Shown here in pieces: positions 53,263-62,420 of a stretch of 64,000 nucleotides of DNA; position 1 is the stretch's first letter, and each line of letters begins with the position of its first letter. The position numbers and the translations under genes were made by a program. Source of the stretch: a virus; the IMG/VR virus record IMGVR_UViG_3300002038_000008, positions 1 to 64,000 of that record, one strand, 5' to 3'. A model generated the notes under the pieces. That model was not told where the DNA came from. It saw only the letters and a program-made list of their open reading frames with translations, and did no database searches.

Positions 53263-53443
53263 CTTCTCGGGGCCTCACCACTACTGTCTCGTCGATGTGA
53301 TACAAAGCTTTATTGCTGTCCGTAAACCACCAGGACTTGGCCTCCTTTGTCAGAGCCCGTCCTCGGTGCTCCCAGTGCTCTTTCGTTCCCCACTGGTTCT
53401 CCAAGTTCATTGCATCCTCAACTGGATAAAAGGTCACTGACAC
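53252..53443 (-). CDS. hypothetical protein (63 aa; start may be ATG 53410)
   Basis: ORF track. Confidence 0.45.
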   Translation of the reverse strand: MSVTFYPVEDAMNLENQWGTKEHWEHRGRALTKEAKSWWFTDSNKALYHIDETVVVRPREDEE

Positions 53444-53750
53444 CCTCCTCTAGGTATACTGAATTTAATTTGTCTTCCAACGTCTTTCGGGCCTCTACAA
53501 AACTAGACTCGGTGCCGCTCCACTCCTCGTCTCCTAGCTTCATTGCCCAAACGTACCCTTCTACAGAGTTAGCTTGTCCTGTCATGAGCTTCAGGTCCTT
53601 ACCTTCATACTCTGTAGATGCCGCACGAGCATAGGACAAGTTGGTTCCTTTTAGCTGCTCCGGCTTGTACTCTTTCCACACAACTTCTAAGGGTCCAAAC
53701 TTCTCGAAGAACGGCAGGGCCGGTGACGGATCCTTACTTTTCTTTGTCAT
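53418..53750 (-). CDS. hypothetical protein (110 aa)
   Basis: ATG 53750 overlaps upstream stop (ATGA). Confidence 0.5.
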   Translation of the reverse strand: MTKKSKDPSPALPFFEKFGPLEVVWKEYKPEQLKGTNLSYARAASTEYEGKDLKLMTGQANSVEGYVWAMKLGDEEWSGTESSFVEARKTLEDKLNSVYLEEGVSDLLSS

Positions 53751-54067
53751 GACAACGCCCACGCAAAGGCTTCGGCTTTCTTAATGGCTTCTTGTTTAGA
53801 ATCGCACCACATGTACTCAAAGTTTCCTGTAATAGCATAAGTTCCTCTTGCTCTCCAGAACCATTCAAAATTCTTGTTTGCTACAAGCAGTACAATTCCT
53901 TTGTGACTGGCTTGTGTAGCTTCCCACAAGGGGGTCAGTCCTTCTGTTTCGGGTTCCCAGAAGCGAGGGGTCCACTGTAGGGAGGGGGCTCCCACATTTC
54001 CCCCGGAGAGGTCTTCATCCACAACAGTCTGCCCGTCTCCAGTATCTCTCGATCCACATTGTTCCAT
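53747..54067 (-). CDS. hypothetical protein (start uncertain: ATG 54067 overlaps the exonuclease gene by 133 nt; TTG 53929 with GAAGGA upstream is the alternative)
   Basis: ORF track plus own inspection. Confidence 0.4.
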   Translation of the reverse strand: MEQCGSRDTGDGQTVVDEDLSGGNVGAPSLQWTPRFWEPETEGLTPLWEATQASHKGIVLLVANKNFEWFWRARGTYAITGNFEYMWCDSKQEAIKKAEAFAWALS

Positions 54068-54846
54068 ATTGTTTCCTCTTCTATGCTGAGCTCTTGCTTC
54101 TCTAACTGCTTCGTGTGGTAATTATAGTACGCCTCTCGGACTTTTGCAAACAGCTTATGATCGGCAGTAGTCTCACCGATTATCTTCTCTGCTCCTTTGA
54201 TTCCTATTCCAGGAACACCTCGGATGTGATCTGCTGTGTCACCGGTTAGCATCTGAGTATAGAAATTAACTCGGGCTTGGGTAGGTGTTATCTTGTACAA
54301 TTCTATATTACTCAGTTTCGTGTGCCACCCTGGCACTGTCTCCAGGTCCTTGTCCTCAGAAGCAATGACGTAGTTAGGGGAGTAGTAGTGGGCCGATATA
54401 GAGACGTCATCGTCGGCCTCCTGCCCTTCTGACACCGTAGCCCCCCACCGGTCAATCAAGTATTCCCTGATGGCCTTCTCGTGAGTAGGACGGGGAACTC
54501 CTTTCCTGTTCCCTTTGTAAGGCTGTATGGTTGCCACTTCATACCTGAAGTTAGACTTATCAGTGGCAGTCAAGAAAGTCTCGTAAGAGGAGTGCTTCAC
54601 CTGGGAAAGTAGGTACTCCAGTTTTTGTTTAACCAGATGGAGGGCGTTTTCTACGGGCTCTAGCTTCCTCTCAGAAGTAATCTCGTAGTCATCCTCGTCG
54701 AGGCCCGAGACAAACTCCCGGGCCTCTTTCTTGTACCTGAACTGCTCCTCTCCGAAGTTAGTGCTGACGTTATATACCATGGGTTCCGTAGCAAATCCTG
54801 CCATGAACACTAAGTAATCAGCATCTATCAAGAGGACAGGATTCAT
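53935..54846 (-). CDS. 5'-3' exonuclease / flap endonuclease (PIN-like, T7 gp6-position)
   Basis: MNPVLLIDADYLVFMAG..., YKGNRKG, EADDDV, SEDKDL, GDTADHIRGVPGIGIKGAEK are FEN/53EXO motifs; ATG 54846 overlaps upstream stop (TAATG). Confidence 0.8.
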   Translation of the reverse strand: MNPVLLIDADYLVFMAGFATEPMVYNVSTNFGEEQFRYKKEAREFVSGLDEDDYEITSERKLEPVENALHLVKQKLEYLLSQVKHSSYETFLTATDKSNFRYEVATIQPYKGNRKGVPRPTHEKAIREYLIDRWGATVSEGQEADDDVSISAHYYSPNYVIASEDKDLETVPGWHTKLSNIELYKITPTQARVNFYTQMLTGDTADHIRGVPGIGIKGAEKIIGETTADHKLFAKVREAYYNYHTKQLEKQELSIEEETIWNNVDREILETGRLLWMKTSPGEMWEPPPYSGPLASGNPKQKD

Positions 54847-55121
54847 TAGTTGTAGTTCCCCTTTCCTACCGGAGTCATCGTAGTTTGCAGATCTACTTGA
54901 GCAGACGCCAGAGACATGGCCAACTTCTGGCACGCTGACATGGCATCAGGTAACGTACGAGTCTCGTGCTCCCTGATTCCTGTCTCCTCGTTCACAACCA
55001 AATACATAGGCCCTTCGTATGTTCCTGAGAAAGTACTGACTTCTGCCTTTCCGGTAGTGACGTAATACGGACTCATATAGAACGCATAAGGACTTTTCCC
55101 CTTATCCATTGAGCCACTCAT
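54846..55121 (-). CDS. hypothetical protein (91 aa)
   Basis: ORF track. Confidence 0.5.
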   Translation of the reverse strand: MSGSMDKGKSPYAFYMSPYYVTTGKAEVSTFSGTYEGPMYLVVNEETGIREHETRTLPDAMSACQKLAMSLASAQVDLQTTMTPVGKGNYN

Positions 55122-55635
55122 TGGTATCTTCCTCGCTTTCTTCTGACTCTTCTACGGAGGGCAACTCCTTTTTCTCTTCCAAGATATGAGAAGCAAACTC
55201 ATCAGTCAAGTGCTTAACCGCTCCCGTAAGAACTCCCATCTTATCAGCGGCCTTGGAAGGCAACTTAAGAGCTCCGTGCCCCAATGCCAACTCTACAGTC
55301 TCTACGGCACCTTTAAAAGCACACTGACGAATGATCTTGCGATCCTTGGCATCCCAGTCCACGGCAGGTTTACTCCCTCCTGAAGACCTAGGAGCAGGCT
55401 TAGCCTGAGCCTGGGAAGCGTTTCCAGTAGCCTTGATAGATTCGATATTCTTGAACACCTTGTCCTTCCAGGCATTCTCTTCATAAACCACCTTAACTTC
55501 TTGCCCTTTCTCCACTTTTAGTGGGTACTTGTTGCCTTTGGTGTAGTAGTCCTCTCCTTCTACAACTACCTTGTAATTACGTTCGTTCTTGTAGATGGCC
55601 GAAATGGTTCCAATAACAGTTAGTCGATCACTCAC
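55102..55635 (-). CDS. single-stranded DNA-binding protein-like
   Basis: Position next to the DNA polymerase; beta-rich N-terminal part; acidic C-terminal tail VEESEESEEDTNEWLNG, as in phage SSBs. Confidence 0.5.
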   Translation of the reverse strand: MSDRLTVIGTISAIYKNERNYKVVVEGEDYYTKGNKYPLKVEKGQEVKVVYEENAWKDKVFKNIESIKATGNASQAQAKPAPRSSGGSKPAVDWDAKDRKIIRQCAFKGAVETVELALGHGALKLPSKAADKMGVLTGAVKHLTDEFASHILEEKKELPSVEESEESEEDTNEWLNG

Positions 55636-55638
55636 TCT

Positions 55639-57534
55639 TTATTCCTCAAATTTATACGGCGGTTCAAATGTTTCTTCATACTCTTCTCCTTCACTCCAGT
55701 GAGAAGAGCACTTAATTCCCATACCCAGGGGTACGTTCCATTCAATATTATACACTACTTTTAGATAATTAAAAAGGTCTGTAGAAAAAGCCTCCCTTGA
55801 AATGTCAGTGAACAGTTGTCTTTCTTCTTCTGGCAACTCCACGATGATACTGTCGTGGATAGTATTCGTTATTAGTAGCTCAGCCTCTTCTAACTTAGCC
55901 CGATGCCAGAAATAAACAAGAGCAACAGGTATAATCTCAGCAGTGGCTAACGATTGGATGGGGTAATTATAGATGTTCTGACTATTCTTTACAAATCCAC
56001 TCTCATAGGCCTTCGTGTCCTTCCAATACATTTCCAGTCCAGAGGCCAGAGTTAACTTCTTATCCCTCAGTACCTTCCCTACCCAACTCCCTTGCTCCTC
56101 TGCAATCTTAGAGTACTTCTCATTGAAGGCTTTATAGTAGCGACGCTGCCCCGGAGTTCCCGATGTCCCACCGAACAGGGGTTTGAATGTGTGCTCTTTA
56201 GACAGCGTTCTCATGTCCTGCCCCGGATCAGCAGTCTTCTTATTCTTCTCTATCTCCTCCAGAGTCTTGTTATAAATAATAGAAGCGGAGAAGGAGTGCA
56301 CATCCTCTTTGTTCTGGATAGAGTCTACCGCCACCTTATCTTGTCCCAAGAAAGCTGCAACTCTAAACTCCAGCTGAGCCCCATCTACCTCTCCTACTAG
56401 CCATCCTTTCTTTCTACTGGAGAAGAGGGGCTTGAACCTCCGGGGTAAGTTCTGAAATTGGCACGACTTAGCTTTAGGGAACATATCAAACTTCGTAGAA
56501 CGTCCCGAGCTTGATAAACGGTGAGTCTGTACATTAGTCTGATTCAGGTTTCCGTAGAACAAACCTCCCTTCTCTTCCACCACTCCCTTGAAGAACTCCA
56601 GGTTCTTGGACAAAGCGGCCATTACCACAGCCGCTTCTTTCTTTAGTTCCAAGAATCTTTTCTGCTTCTTGTTCTTGGCCTTTAGCTTGGCCAGAGTCTT
56701 GGCATCTGCCTTTCTCTGGTCCTTGTCCGTTCGGATGGGAGATCCTCTTCGATCCTTGAGCTCCTCGAATCCCAATACGTCGTAGACAAACTCGGCTACT
56801 TGTACAGGAGATCTAGGATTGATGCCTCCGGTCATGTCATCTAGTTCTTGTTCTACCTTGCGTGCTCTCTCTACGTAGTCCTCATACGCCAGCTCTACCT
56901 TAGCCGCATCTAGGTGCAGTCCAGAGAACTCGATATCTGCCAACACAGACATCGTAAGGCACCTGGTGTACATAACGGGTAACTTACCCTGGCTGCGCAG
57001 AACCTTTCTTTGTCTTAAGAAAATGTTCAGGCACAGTAAGACATCGTAGTCGCAGTACTCTCCGAGCCACTCTATGGGCACGTCCTCTACCAGACCTGCT
57101 TTGATCATAGAGGATACCAGGTTAATTTTTCCTGGAAGTCCGTATCTCTTTGAGGTGTGCTCCAGTGATTGTAGGTTACGCCTTACTGCCAGCTGGTTCC
57201 CGTATCTTACAAACTCTCCTACTTGAGTGCAGTATGCCAGGATCTTAGTAAGATCCACTCCGCAGTTCCTAAGCCACTGAAGCTCGAACTTGGCATTATG
57301 AGCTACTAAGAAGTCAGCACGTTCTATATCTTCCAGTAGCTCTTCTTGCTCGTACTGAGATCCTACTTTTCTTTTCAAACCCTTTTGAGGAGTGTACCAA
57401 GAGGACAGTATAATCTCGTTATCAGGGTGTACTGCCGATCCTTTGTCCTGCCCTGTAGTTTCAAAGTCAAGTACGAGGTAGTTATCTCCAAGAAATATCT
57501 CGGGGTCAAGGTTCTTTAGAAAGTCAGGGAACAC
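55639..57534 (-). CDS. family A DNA polymerase with 3'-5' exonuclease domain
   Basis: Exo motifs LVLDFETTG, HNAKFELQWL, YCDYDVLL. Pol motifs VDGAQLEFRVAAFL (A), RTLSKEHTFKPLFGG (B), IHDSIIVE (C). Confidence 0.92.
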   Translation of the reverse strand: MFPDFLKNLDPEIFLGDNYLVLDFETTGQDKGSAVHPDNEIILSSWYTPQKGLKRKVGSQYEQEELLEDIERADFLVAHNAKFELQWLRNCGVDLTKILAYCTQVGEFVRYGNQLAVRRNLQSLEHTSKRYGLPGKINLVSSMIKAGLVEDVPIEWLGEYCDYDVLLCLNIFLRQRKVLRSQGKLPVMYTRCLTMSVLADIEFSGLHLDAAKVELAYEDYVERARKVEQELDDMTGGINPRSPVQVAEFVYDVLGFEELKDRRGSPIRTDKDQRKADAKTLAKLKAKNKKQKRFLELKKEAAVVMAALSKNLEFFKGVVEEKGGLFYGNLNQTNVQTHRLSSSGRSTKFDMFPKAKSCQFQNLPRRFKPLFSSRKKGWLVGEVDGAQLEFRVAAFLGQDKVAVDSIQNKEDVHSFSASIIYNKTLEEIEKNKKTADPGQDMRTLSKEHTFKPLFGGTSGTPGQRRYYKAFNEKYSKIAEEQGSWVGKVLRDKKLTLASGLEMYWKDTKAYESGFVKNSQNIYNYPIQSLATAEIIPVALVYFWHRAKLEEAELLITNTIHDSIIVELPEEERQLFTDISREAFSTDLFNYLKVVYNIEWNVPLGMGIKCSSHWSEGEEYEETFEPPYKFEE

Positions 57535-58433
57535 TCTTTATAATACTCCAGAGCAAGCTTGTTAACAGTTCTAGAAATGGTTTTCCAATCGAATCCGGAC
57601 TCTTCTATGACATCTGCTTCCTCTGTTTTAATATCATTCCCAATGAACTTCAAATACTCCGGGATGTTCTGAGGTACCCGATCTAAATCCATTTCTTGGA
57701 AGTAGTCCATACCTTGTTTCAACCTCTCAGGAGTAATCAGTGTCCGAGCAAACTCTGCGATCTTTCCGGCATCCGGATTAAGTTGCTTTGGTTTCTTGTA
57801 GTTCTTCTGGTGAGATTCTCCCTTTGCTTTGAACCACAACCCGGTGTCTTTCCTTAGTTCCTCATTTAGAGGTTTAAATACCCACCCCTCTCCCGTCCCT
57901 GAGATGCCATACACTGCCTTAGCCCAAAGGCACTCTTTGTCCACTTGCTCAACTAGCTCATTAATTTGGTCTTGGAACTCTTGGGGGTACGAAACTCTTA
58001 GAGATCGTATACGAGCTCCCGCGTCGTGAACACTCCTTAATCCTATGCTTGGTAAGCTCCCTATCTCCGTATCAAAACACACGAAGCACCTTTCTATTTC
58101 TGATACTGCAACTCCCTTTTGTATTCCCTTTCCTACCCACTCCCCATAGACAGTAGTTCCTACCTTTCTTCTAAGCCACCTAAGAAGCTTCTTCTCGTTT
58201 TCTTTTACCCAAGAGGCAAAGCCAAAGTTATCTTTTTCAGGAGTTAGCCTACGATTTCTTCCTTGAGGAATCAACTCTCCGTCCCCTACAAAAATTCCTG
58301 CGTTTGTCCCATGTAATTTTACGGTGGCCACAAAGTCTATGTGATTGAGTTGTGGGTAGTTCCTCTGGAGGTGAGCCCACATGTTCCTCAGTTGGCCTAT
58401 CTTCGGGTATTTTACCATCTCTGGATTCATCAA
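57516..58433 (-). CDS. RNA ligase family (Rnl2-type nucleotidyltransferase) protein
   Basis: Motif I KLHGTN, motif III YGEW, motif IV FVCFD, motif V EGWVFK...KAKG. Confidence 0.7.
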   Translation of the reverse strand: MMNPEMVKYPKIGQLRNMWAHLQRNYPQLNHIDFVATVKLHGTNAGIFVGDGELIPQGRNRRLTPEKDNFGFASWVKENEKKLLRWLRRKVGTTVYGEWVGKGIQKGVAVSEIERCFVCFDTEIGSLPSIGLRSVHDAGARIRSLRVSYPQEFQDQINELVEQVDKECLWAKAVYGISGTGEGWVFKPLNEELRKDTGLWFKAKGESHQKNYKKPKQLNPDAGKIAEFARTLITPERLKQGMDYFQEMDLDRVPQNIPEYLKFIGNDIKTEEADVIEESGFDWKTISRTVNKLALEYYKECSLTF

Positions 58434-58690
58434 TCTTCTCCTCTACTTTGCTCGTCGTACTTCTCGTGTCCCTCTGTCCAATCTCTGTCCTGCTGAAAAG
58501 AATGACCACAAGCCGAGCACTTAGTCACTTCTACTAGAGTAGATTTTTTATTAACAGGACCCATTGTCTGTCCTAGGAGGTCTTCTGGTGTTGATATCTC
58601 TTGACCAGGGAAATCAGTCAGACCAACGCCATAACCTTGCTTAAGAGCAATCCCCGTTTTCATCTCTGAGTTGCATCGGCGGCAGTTCAC
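58430..58690 (-). CDS. Zn-ribbon protein (86 aa)
   Basis: CRRCNS ... CSACGH. Confidence 0.5.
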   Translation of the reverse strand: MNCRRCNSEMKTGIALKQGYGVGLTDFPGQEISTPEDLLGQTMGPVNKKSTLVEVTKCSACGHSFQQDRDWTEGHEKYDEQSRGED

Positions 58691-59007
58691 ACTTCCTCCC
58701 CGCGAGCTTTGGTTAGGGCTGATTTGGCTAAACCTATGGAAACCATTTCCTTCTTTGCGTCTTCCTCGTCACAGATATCACCGGCGGTATGGTCGGCCCA
58801 CTGAAGTACTGCTTCCAAAGCCCCATAAAGCTCTGGTGCTGCTGAGATTAGGCGGGCGTTTGCTATAGACTCTTGTAGCTGCATCAGAGAAAGAAACGCT
58901 GCACCGACAGGAAGTCCGTCGGCTCCGTTGACTATCATCTGGCCTTCTGGAGTGTCTCCACCGGAACGCCAAGGCCCCGGCGTAAACTTTGGTTGGGGGC
59001 TAGTCAT
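58687..59007 (-). CDS. hypothetical protein (106 aa)
   Basis: GPW...ANARLISAAPELYGALE pattern is common in phage proteins of unknown function. Confidence 0.5.
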   Translation of the reverse strand: MTSPQPKFTPGPWRSGGDTPEGQMIVNGADGLPVGAAFLSLMQLQESIANARLISAAPELYGALEAVLQWADHTAGDICDEEDAKKEMVSIGLAKSALTKARGEEV

Positions 59008-59231
59008 TCCTTTCCTCCGGTAGTTTTATTCTTACTCATCCTGTCGCTGGCTACATCAGTGGTGACATGACCTGCTATGAACACTCCGAACAAGAACTTA
59101 GTCAGATCGATGTATCCTAACTCTGTCATTCTTCCTATAGAGAACATAACCGAGATGAAAACCATAGTTCCCAGAAAGGTGATTACCTTCTTACCTCGTA
59201 GGTCTGCAAAGTAGGTCTTAATTGCGTTCAT
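59004..59231 (-). CDS. small membrane protein (75 aa)
   Basis: ORF track; two hydrophobic helices. Confidence 0.5.
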   Translation of the reverse strand: MNAIKTYFADLRGKKVITFLGTMVFISVMFSIGRMTELGYIDLTKFLFGVFIAGHVTTDVASDRMSKNKTTGGKE

Positions 59232-59285
59232 CAGATAATCCTACAAAGAACAGCGCGGCACAAACCATAACAAAAACGTAAACCA

Positions 59286-59603
59286 TTACTCGAACCCTCC
59301 ACTAAACATCGGTACCACCTGGATATCAATAGATCCGTGAACATCAGTGGCAAACTCATTATAATCTATTTCCACTCTCCATGCAAAGGTATCTAGAGAA
59401 TAGTCCCAGACACACTCTCCGTAGAGGTAAGTACCAATCAGTTTCCCATCTAAGTAGATAGAAGGGTACAGATCCGTAACTTCTGTCCTCTCTACCCACT
59501 CAGTCCGGTCCTCCACAAAGTCATCGTTAATGAACAAGGGATTACTGTAGCAAAGTACGTCTACAATAATAGGGAATATAATTCCGGCTGACAAGCTAAT
59601 CAT
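59286..59603 (-). CDS. hypothetical protein (105 aa), N-terminal TM
   Basis: ORF track; GAGGA RBS upstream. Confidence 0.5.
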   Translation of the reverse strand: MISLSAGIIFPIIVDVLCYSNPLFINDDFVEDRTEWVERTEVTDLYPSIYLDGKLIGTYLYGECVWDYSLDTFAWRVEIDYNEFATDVHGSIDIQVVPMFSGGFE

Positions 59604-59791
59604 TTTCTATTTTCCTCATAAAGAATCCGGAGAATCTAATGGAATATCCAGCTCCGCGTCGTACATTTCCATAGTGCTGTATTTAAATTCAGGAAAGGAG
59701 TCCACGTAAGACTTTTCTTTCTCATCTTCAGAAAATACCCCATGAAAGTCTGAGCCCTCTTAAGGATAACTTGTTACAACAACATATACTG

Positions 59792-60241
59792 TCATTGCGC
59801 ATTTCTGCCGGCTTCCAGGATAGGAATTCCTGCTTCTGTCGGAATGTACACAACTCCTTCGTTGTCTTCTAGTCCCGTAATCCACAGATACCTAAGATAT
59901 TCCTCATTTCCTTTGAGTCCTTCTCCTATAATCTTGTTAGCTTCTGCCACCCCTCTGGCTCTCTCAGCCTCAGCTTGCGCTAATAGACCTGCGCTCTCTA
60001 ACTCTGCCTGAGCCTCTTCTATCCTAATCTGACGATTCTGTTCCGCTCTCCTGAGTTCTGCTTGTCCAGCAAGCCCTTGCTCCCACACCTTATACTGAGG
60101 ACACCCTGCCGCAAGAGAAACTAATAGTACTAACAAAAAACCCACAATTCTCTTTAGCCAAAACTGTAGAGAGTAGGCAGCAAGTGCGTCTTTCTTCTCT
60201 GTTCGTGTTAAATTATCAAAACTATTAGCCATGCCTTTCAC
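59792..60241 (-). CDS. membrane-anchored protein resembling the C-terminal part of SPFH/Band-7 (prohibitin/HflC-like) proteins
   Basis: TM GFLLVLLVSLAAGC, then QAELRRAEQNRQIRIEEAQAELE...AEANKIIGEGLKGNEEYLRYLWITGL...VVYIPTEAGIPIL. Confidence 0.35.
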   Translation of the reverse strand: MKGMANSFDNLTRTEKKDALAAYSLQFWLKRIVGFLLVLLVSLAAGCPQYKVWEQGLAGQAELRRAEQNRQIRIEEAQAELESAGLLAQAEAERARGVAEANKIIGEGLKGNEEYLRYLWITGLEDNEGVVYIPTEAGIPILEAGRNAQ

Positions 60242-60259
60242 TTCTCCTTAAATCTAAGA

Positions 60260-61465
60260 CTACGTAATCCTAGAAGTGGTCGGATCAATTTGTACTTCAA
60301 AGTGGTCATGGACCCCTCCTAATTTGTTTTTGCTCAACGAGATCATTCTCATATTGGCATTCTTGAACGTCTCGTTAGCTCCGAATCCTATTATAACATC
60401 AACTGCGCCAGGAATTCCAGTCTTACTACTGTCAATATCTCCCATGTCCAGCACTAACTTGTTCTCTGCCGACCCTCCGGCCTGAGTGACACTGACAGCC
60501 AAGCACTTGCGTTTTTTACCTATGTCTCTTACTCCCCTGGCAGCCTGTTCTAAATTGCTAACCAGGCCCTCCTCAGAAGCTCTGAGGTTCCTCAGCTGAT
60601 CTACGATCAGTACATCCGGTTCGTGTTTCTCAGTCAAGTCATCTACTTGCTTCAGGGTTCCCGGAGTTAGTTCTTCCATGACCAAGTTATCATGATTACC
60701 CAAAGAAAGCAACTCCCGTGCCCTTTCCACCTCCTTCATCATGGCATCTTGAGTCATCCCCGTGATGCACGACGCGATCCTTACCAGGACTTGAGCCAGA
60801 GGGTCCTCGTTTCCTATGTAAAGTACCTTGAGGCCCTGCAACAAGAAAGCCCAGATCATGGTGATGGCCAAGGCCGTCTTCCCTACCTCGGGACGTGCCA
60901 CAATAAGTAAGTGGTTCCCTCTAAGAGCCCCACCGTTTAGTCTGTCATTCAGCTGCTTTGGAGCAACCTTTATGAGGTTGTCTCTGTCTAACTTTTCAAA
61001 CAAGAGGTACTCTAAGTCGATTCCCTTGTATTGCTCCTTCTCTTCTTGCTCTTCTTCTAGGTGAACGGAGTCTAGCAGCTCCACATAAGAACTGATAAGC
61101 TCCCTTACCTTTCTTTCCGTTGCCCCAGAAACTACAGAGTTAGCAAGCTCGTTACCTACTATCTTTTTCTTTTCCTCCACTACGGCTCGGACAACATTAG
61201 ATGCCGAAACATCCATGCCCTCAGCAGACTCTAGAACCTGTACAAACAAGCTCTCGTGCTTAGGGTTGTTTAGATTTCTGACAACATCCTCTTTCAGGAT
61301 ATCAGTATCTACTGAGAAGGCTTCAGGATCAGAATCATAGTATGTAGTTACGTGTTCTAGGAGGATTCTAAACTGGCTCGTCAAGGCCTCCTTGTCAATT
61401 GTGTTTACAATTAATTTGTGAGCGCTGCGGTCCTTCAGAGCCGCCGCTAACAGTTTGGCCGACAA
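60260..61465 (-). CDS. DnaB-like replicative helicase
   Basis: Walker A ARPEVGKTALAI, Walker B PDVLIVDQLRNL, SVTQAGG; 401 aa with an N-terminal helical domain. Confidence 0.85.
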   Translation of the reverse strand: MSAKLLAAALKDRSAHKLIVNTIDKEALTSQFRILLEHVTTYYDSDPEAFSVDTDILKEDVVRNLNNPKHESLFVQVLESAEGMDVSASNVVRAVVEEKKKIVGNELANSVVSGATERKVRELISSYVELLDSVHLEEEQEEKEQYKGIDLEYLLFEKLDRDNLIKVAPKQLNDRLNGGALRGNHLLIVARPEVGKTALAITMIWAFLLQGLKVLYIGNEDPLAQVLVRIASCITGMTQDAMMKEVERARELLSLGNHDNLVMEELTPGTLKQVDDLTEKHEPDVLIVDQLRNLRASEEGLVSNLEQAARGVRDIGKKRKCLAVSVTQAGGSAENKLVLDMGDIDSSKTGIPGAVDVIIGFGANETFKNANMRMISLSKNKLGGVHDHFEVQIDPTTSRIT

Positions 61466-61783
61466 TTAATTTACCTCCCTGACTGAGTTGTAACGATACC
61501 CCATCTTAACGCACAGCTCTCTAGACTCCTTAGCTTCCAGTTCTTCTTCTTCTCCCCAACGAGAATTCGTTACCCTGTACACAGTGTGCTCCGGAACAGA
61601 GGAATCAATGTGTCCATAGAACACCAGTCCATCCGGAATGTGAGCGCAACGCTCCTTAGTTTGCTTATAGAGACGTTGCTGAAGAGCCAGGGCCATCTCG
61701 TTCCCTTCAATTAACCCCTCTCCTCTGATGAACAACTTTCCGTTCTCGTGCCTTCCTATATTGAACGTGTGCCTAGTATTCAT
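61466..61783 (-). CDS. hypothetical protein (105 aa)
   Basis: ORF track. Confidence 0.5.
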   Translation of the reverse strand: MNTRHTFNIGRHENGKLFIRGEGLIEGNEMALALQQRLYKQTKERCAHIPDGLVFYGHIDSSVPEHTVYRVTNSRWGEEEELEAKESRELCVKMGYRYNSVREVN

Positions 61784-61992
61784 TTTTTCACCTTGTAATA
61801 AGGGTCGTTGACAAAGGATCCTTTGAGCTCTCCTGCAACATCACATCTGCGAGGATCTCCTTCTCTGGGCTTAGAATAAACTTCATTGTCCGATTCTGAT
61901 CTCTTTCTGCTGTACAAGGGCATCCTGTAAAAATCCCTTTTTATATCCTCATCATCTCCCTCGTACGGGAGCACTGTTACTTTAGGCATCAT
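61780..61992 (-). CDS. hypothetical protein (70 aa)
   Basis: ORF track. Confidence 0.5.
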   Translation of the reverse strand: MMPKVTVLPYEGDDEDIKRDFYRMPLYSRKRSESDNEVYSKPREGDPRRCDVAGELKGSFVNDPYYKVKK

Positions 61993-62420
61993 TAAATAAG
62001 ATCTTTTTTGTCTGAGGCCTTAGGCTCTGTTAATAAGTTGGTGTCGTGTATGTGCAAGGAACACACGTAGACTTCCGTTAAGAACTTAGTAAAAAGATAA
62101 CACCTCATGGTTGCGTGGGCCAATCTTCCTGCTCTATCTGACAGTATAACAAAGTAGTCTCCTTTCTTTTGTTCTAGACCTGTAAGATCTATTCCTGATC
62201 CTGAGATCTGTACTATCTCGTCACACAACATCATGTTTATCCTTGACGGATTAGACATCCTGGTGCGGGAGTGGGTGCACTTACCAAAAATAAAAGCTTC
62301 ATCTTCTGGAACGTGAATAAGAACCTCGCGAGGCACCCAATAATAAGCTTCGAACGCTAAGGAACCCACTACTAGGAACAGACCGGCCCACTTTAAGGCT
62401 CCTACAATAAAATCTCGCAT
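61992..62420 (-). CDS. hypothetical membrane-anchored protein (142 aa)
   Basis: ORF track; N-terminal TM GLFLVVGSLAFEAYYW. Confidence 0.5.
   Translation of the reverse strand: MRDFIVGALKWAGLFLVVGSLAFEAYYWVPREVLIHVPEDEAFIFGKCTHSRTRMSNPSRINMMLCDEIVQISGSGIDLTGLEQKKGDYFVILSDRAGRLAHATMRCYLFTKFLTEVYVCSLHIHDTNLLTEPKASDKKDLI

Noticed and set aside
59604-59791. Small ORFs in the 188-nt gap upstream of gene 59286..59603
   Set aside because: The candidate frames either lack an ATG/RBS or give about 18-33 aa products with no coupling to neighbours. I left the gap as non-coding, possibly an internal promoter region.
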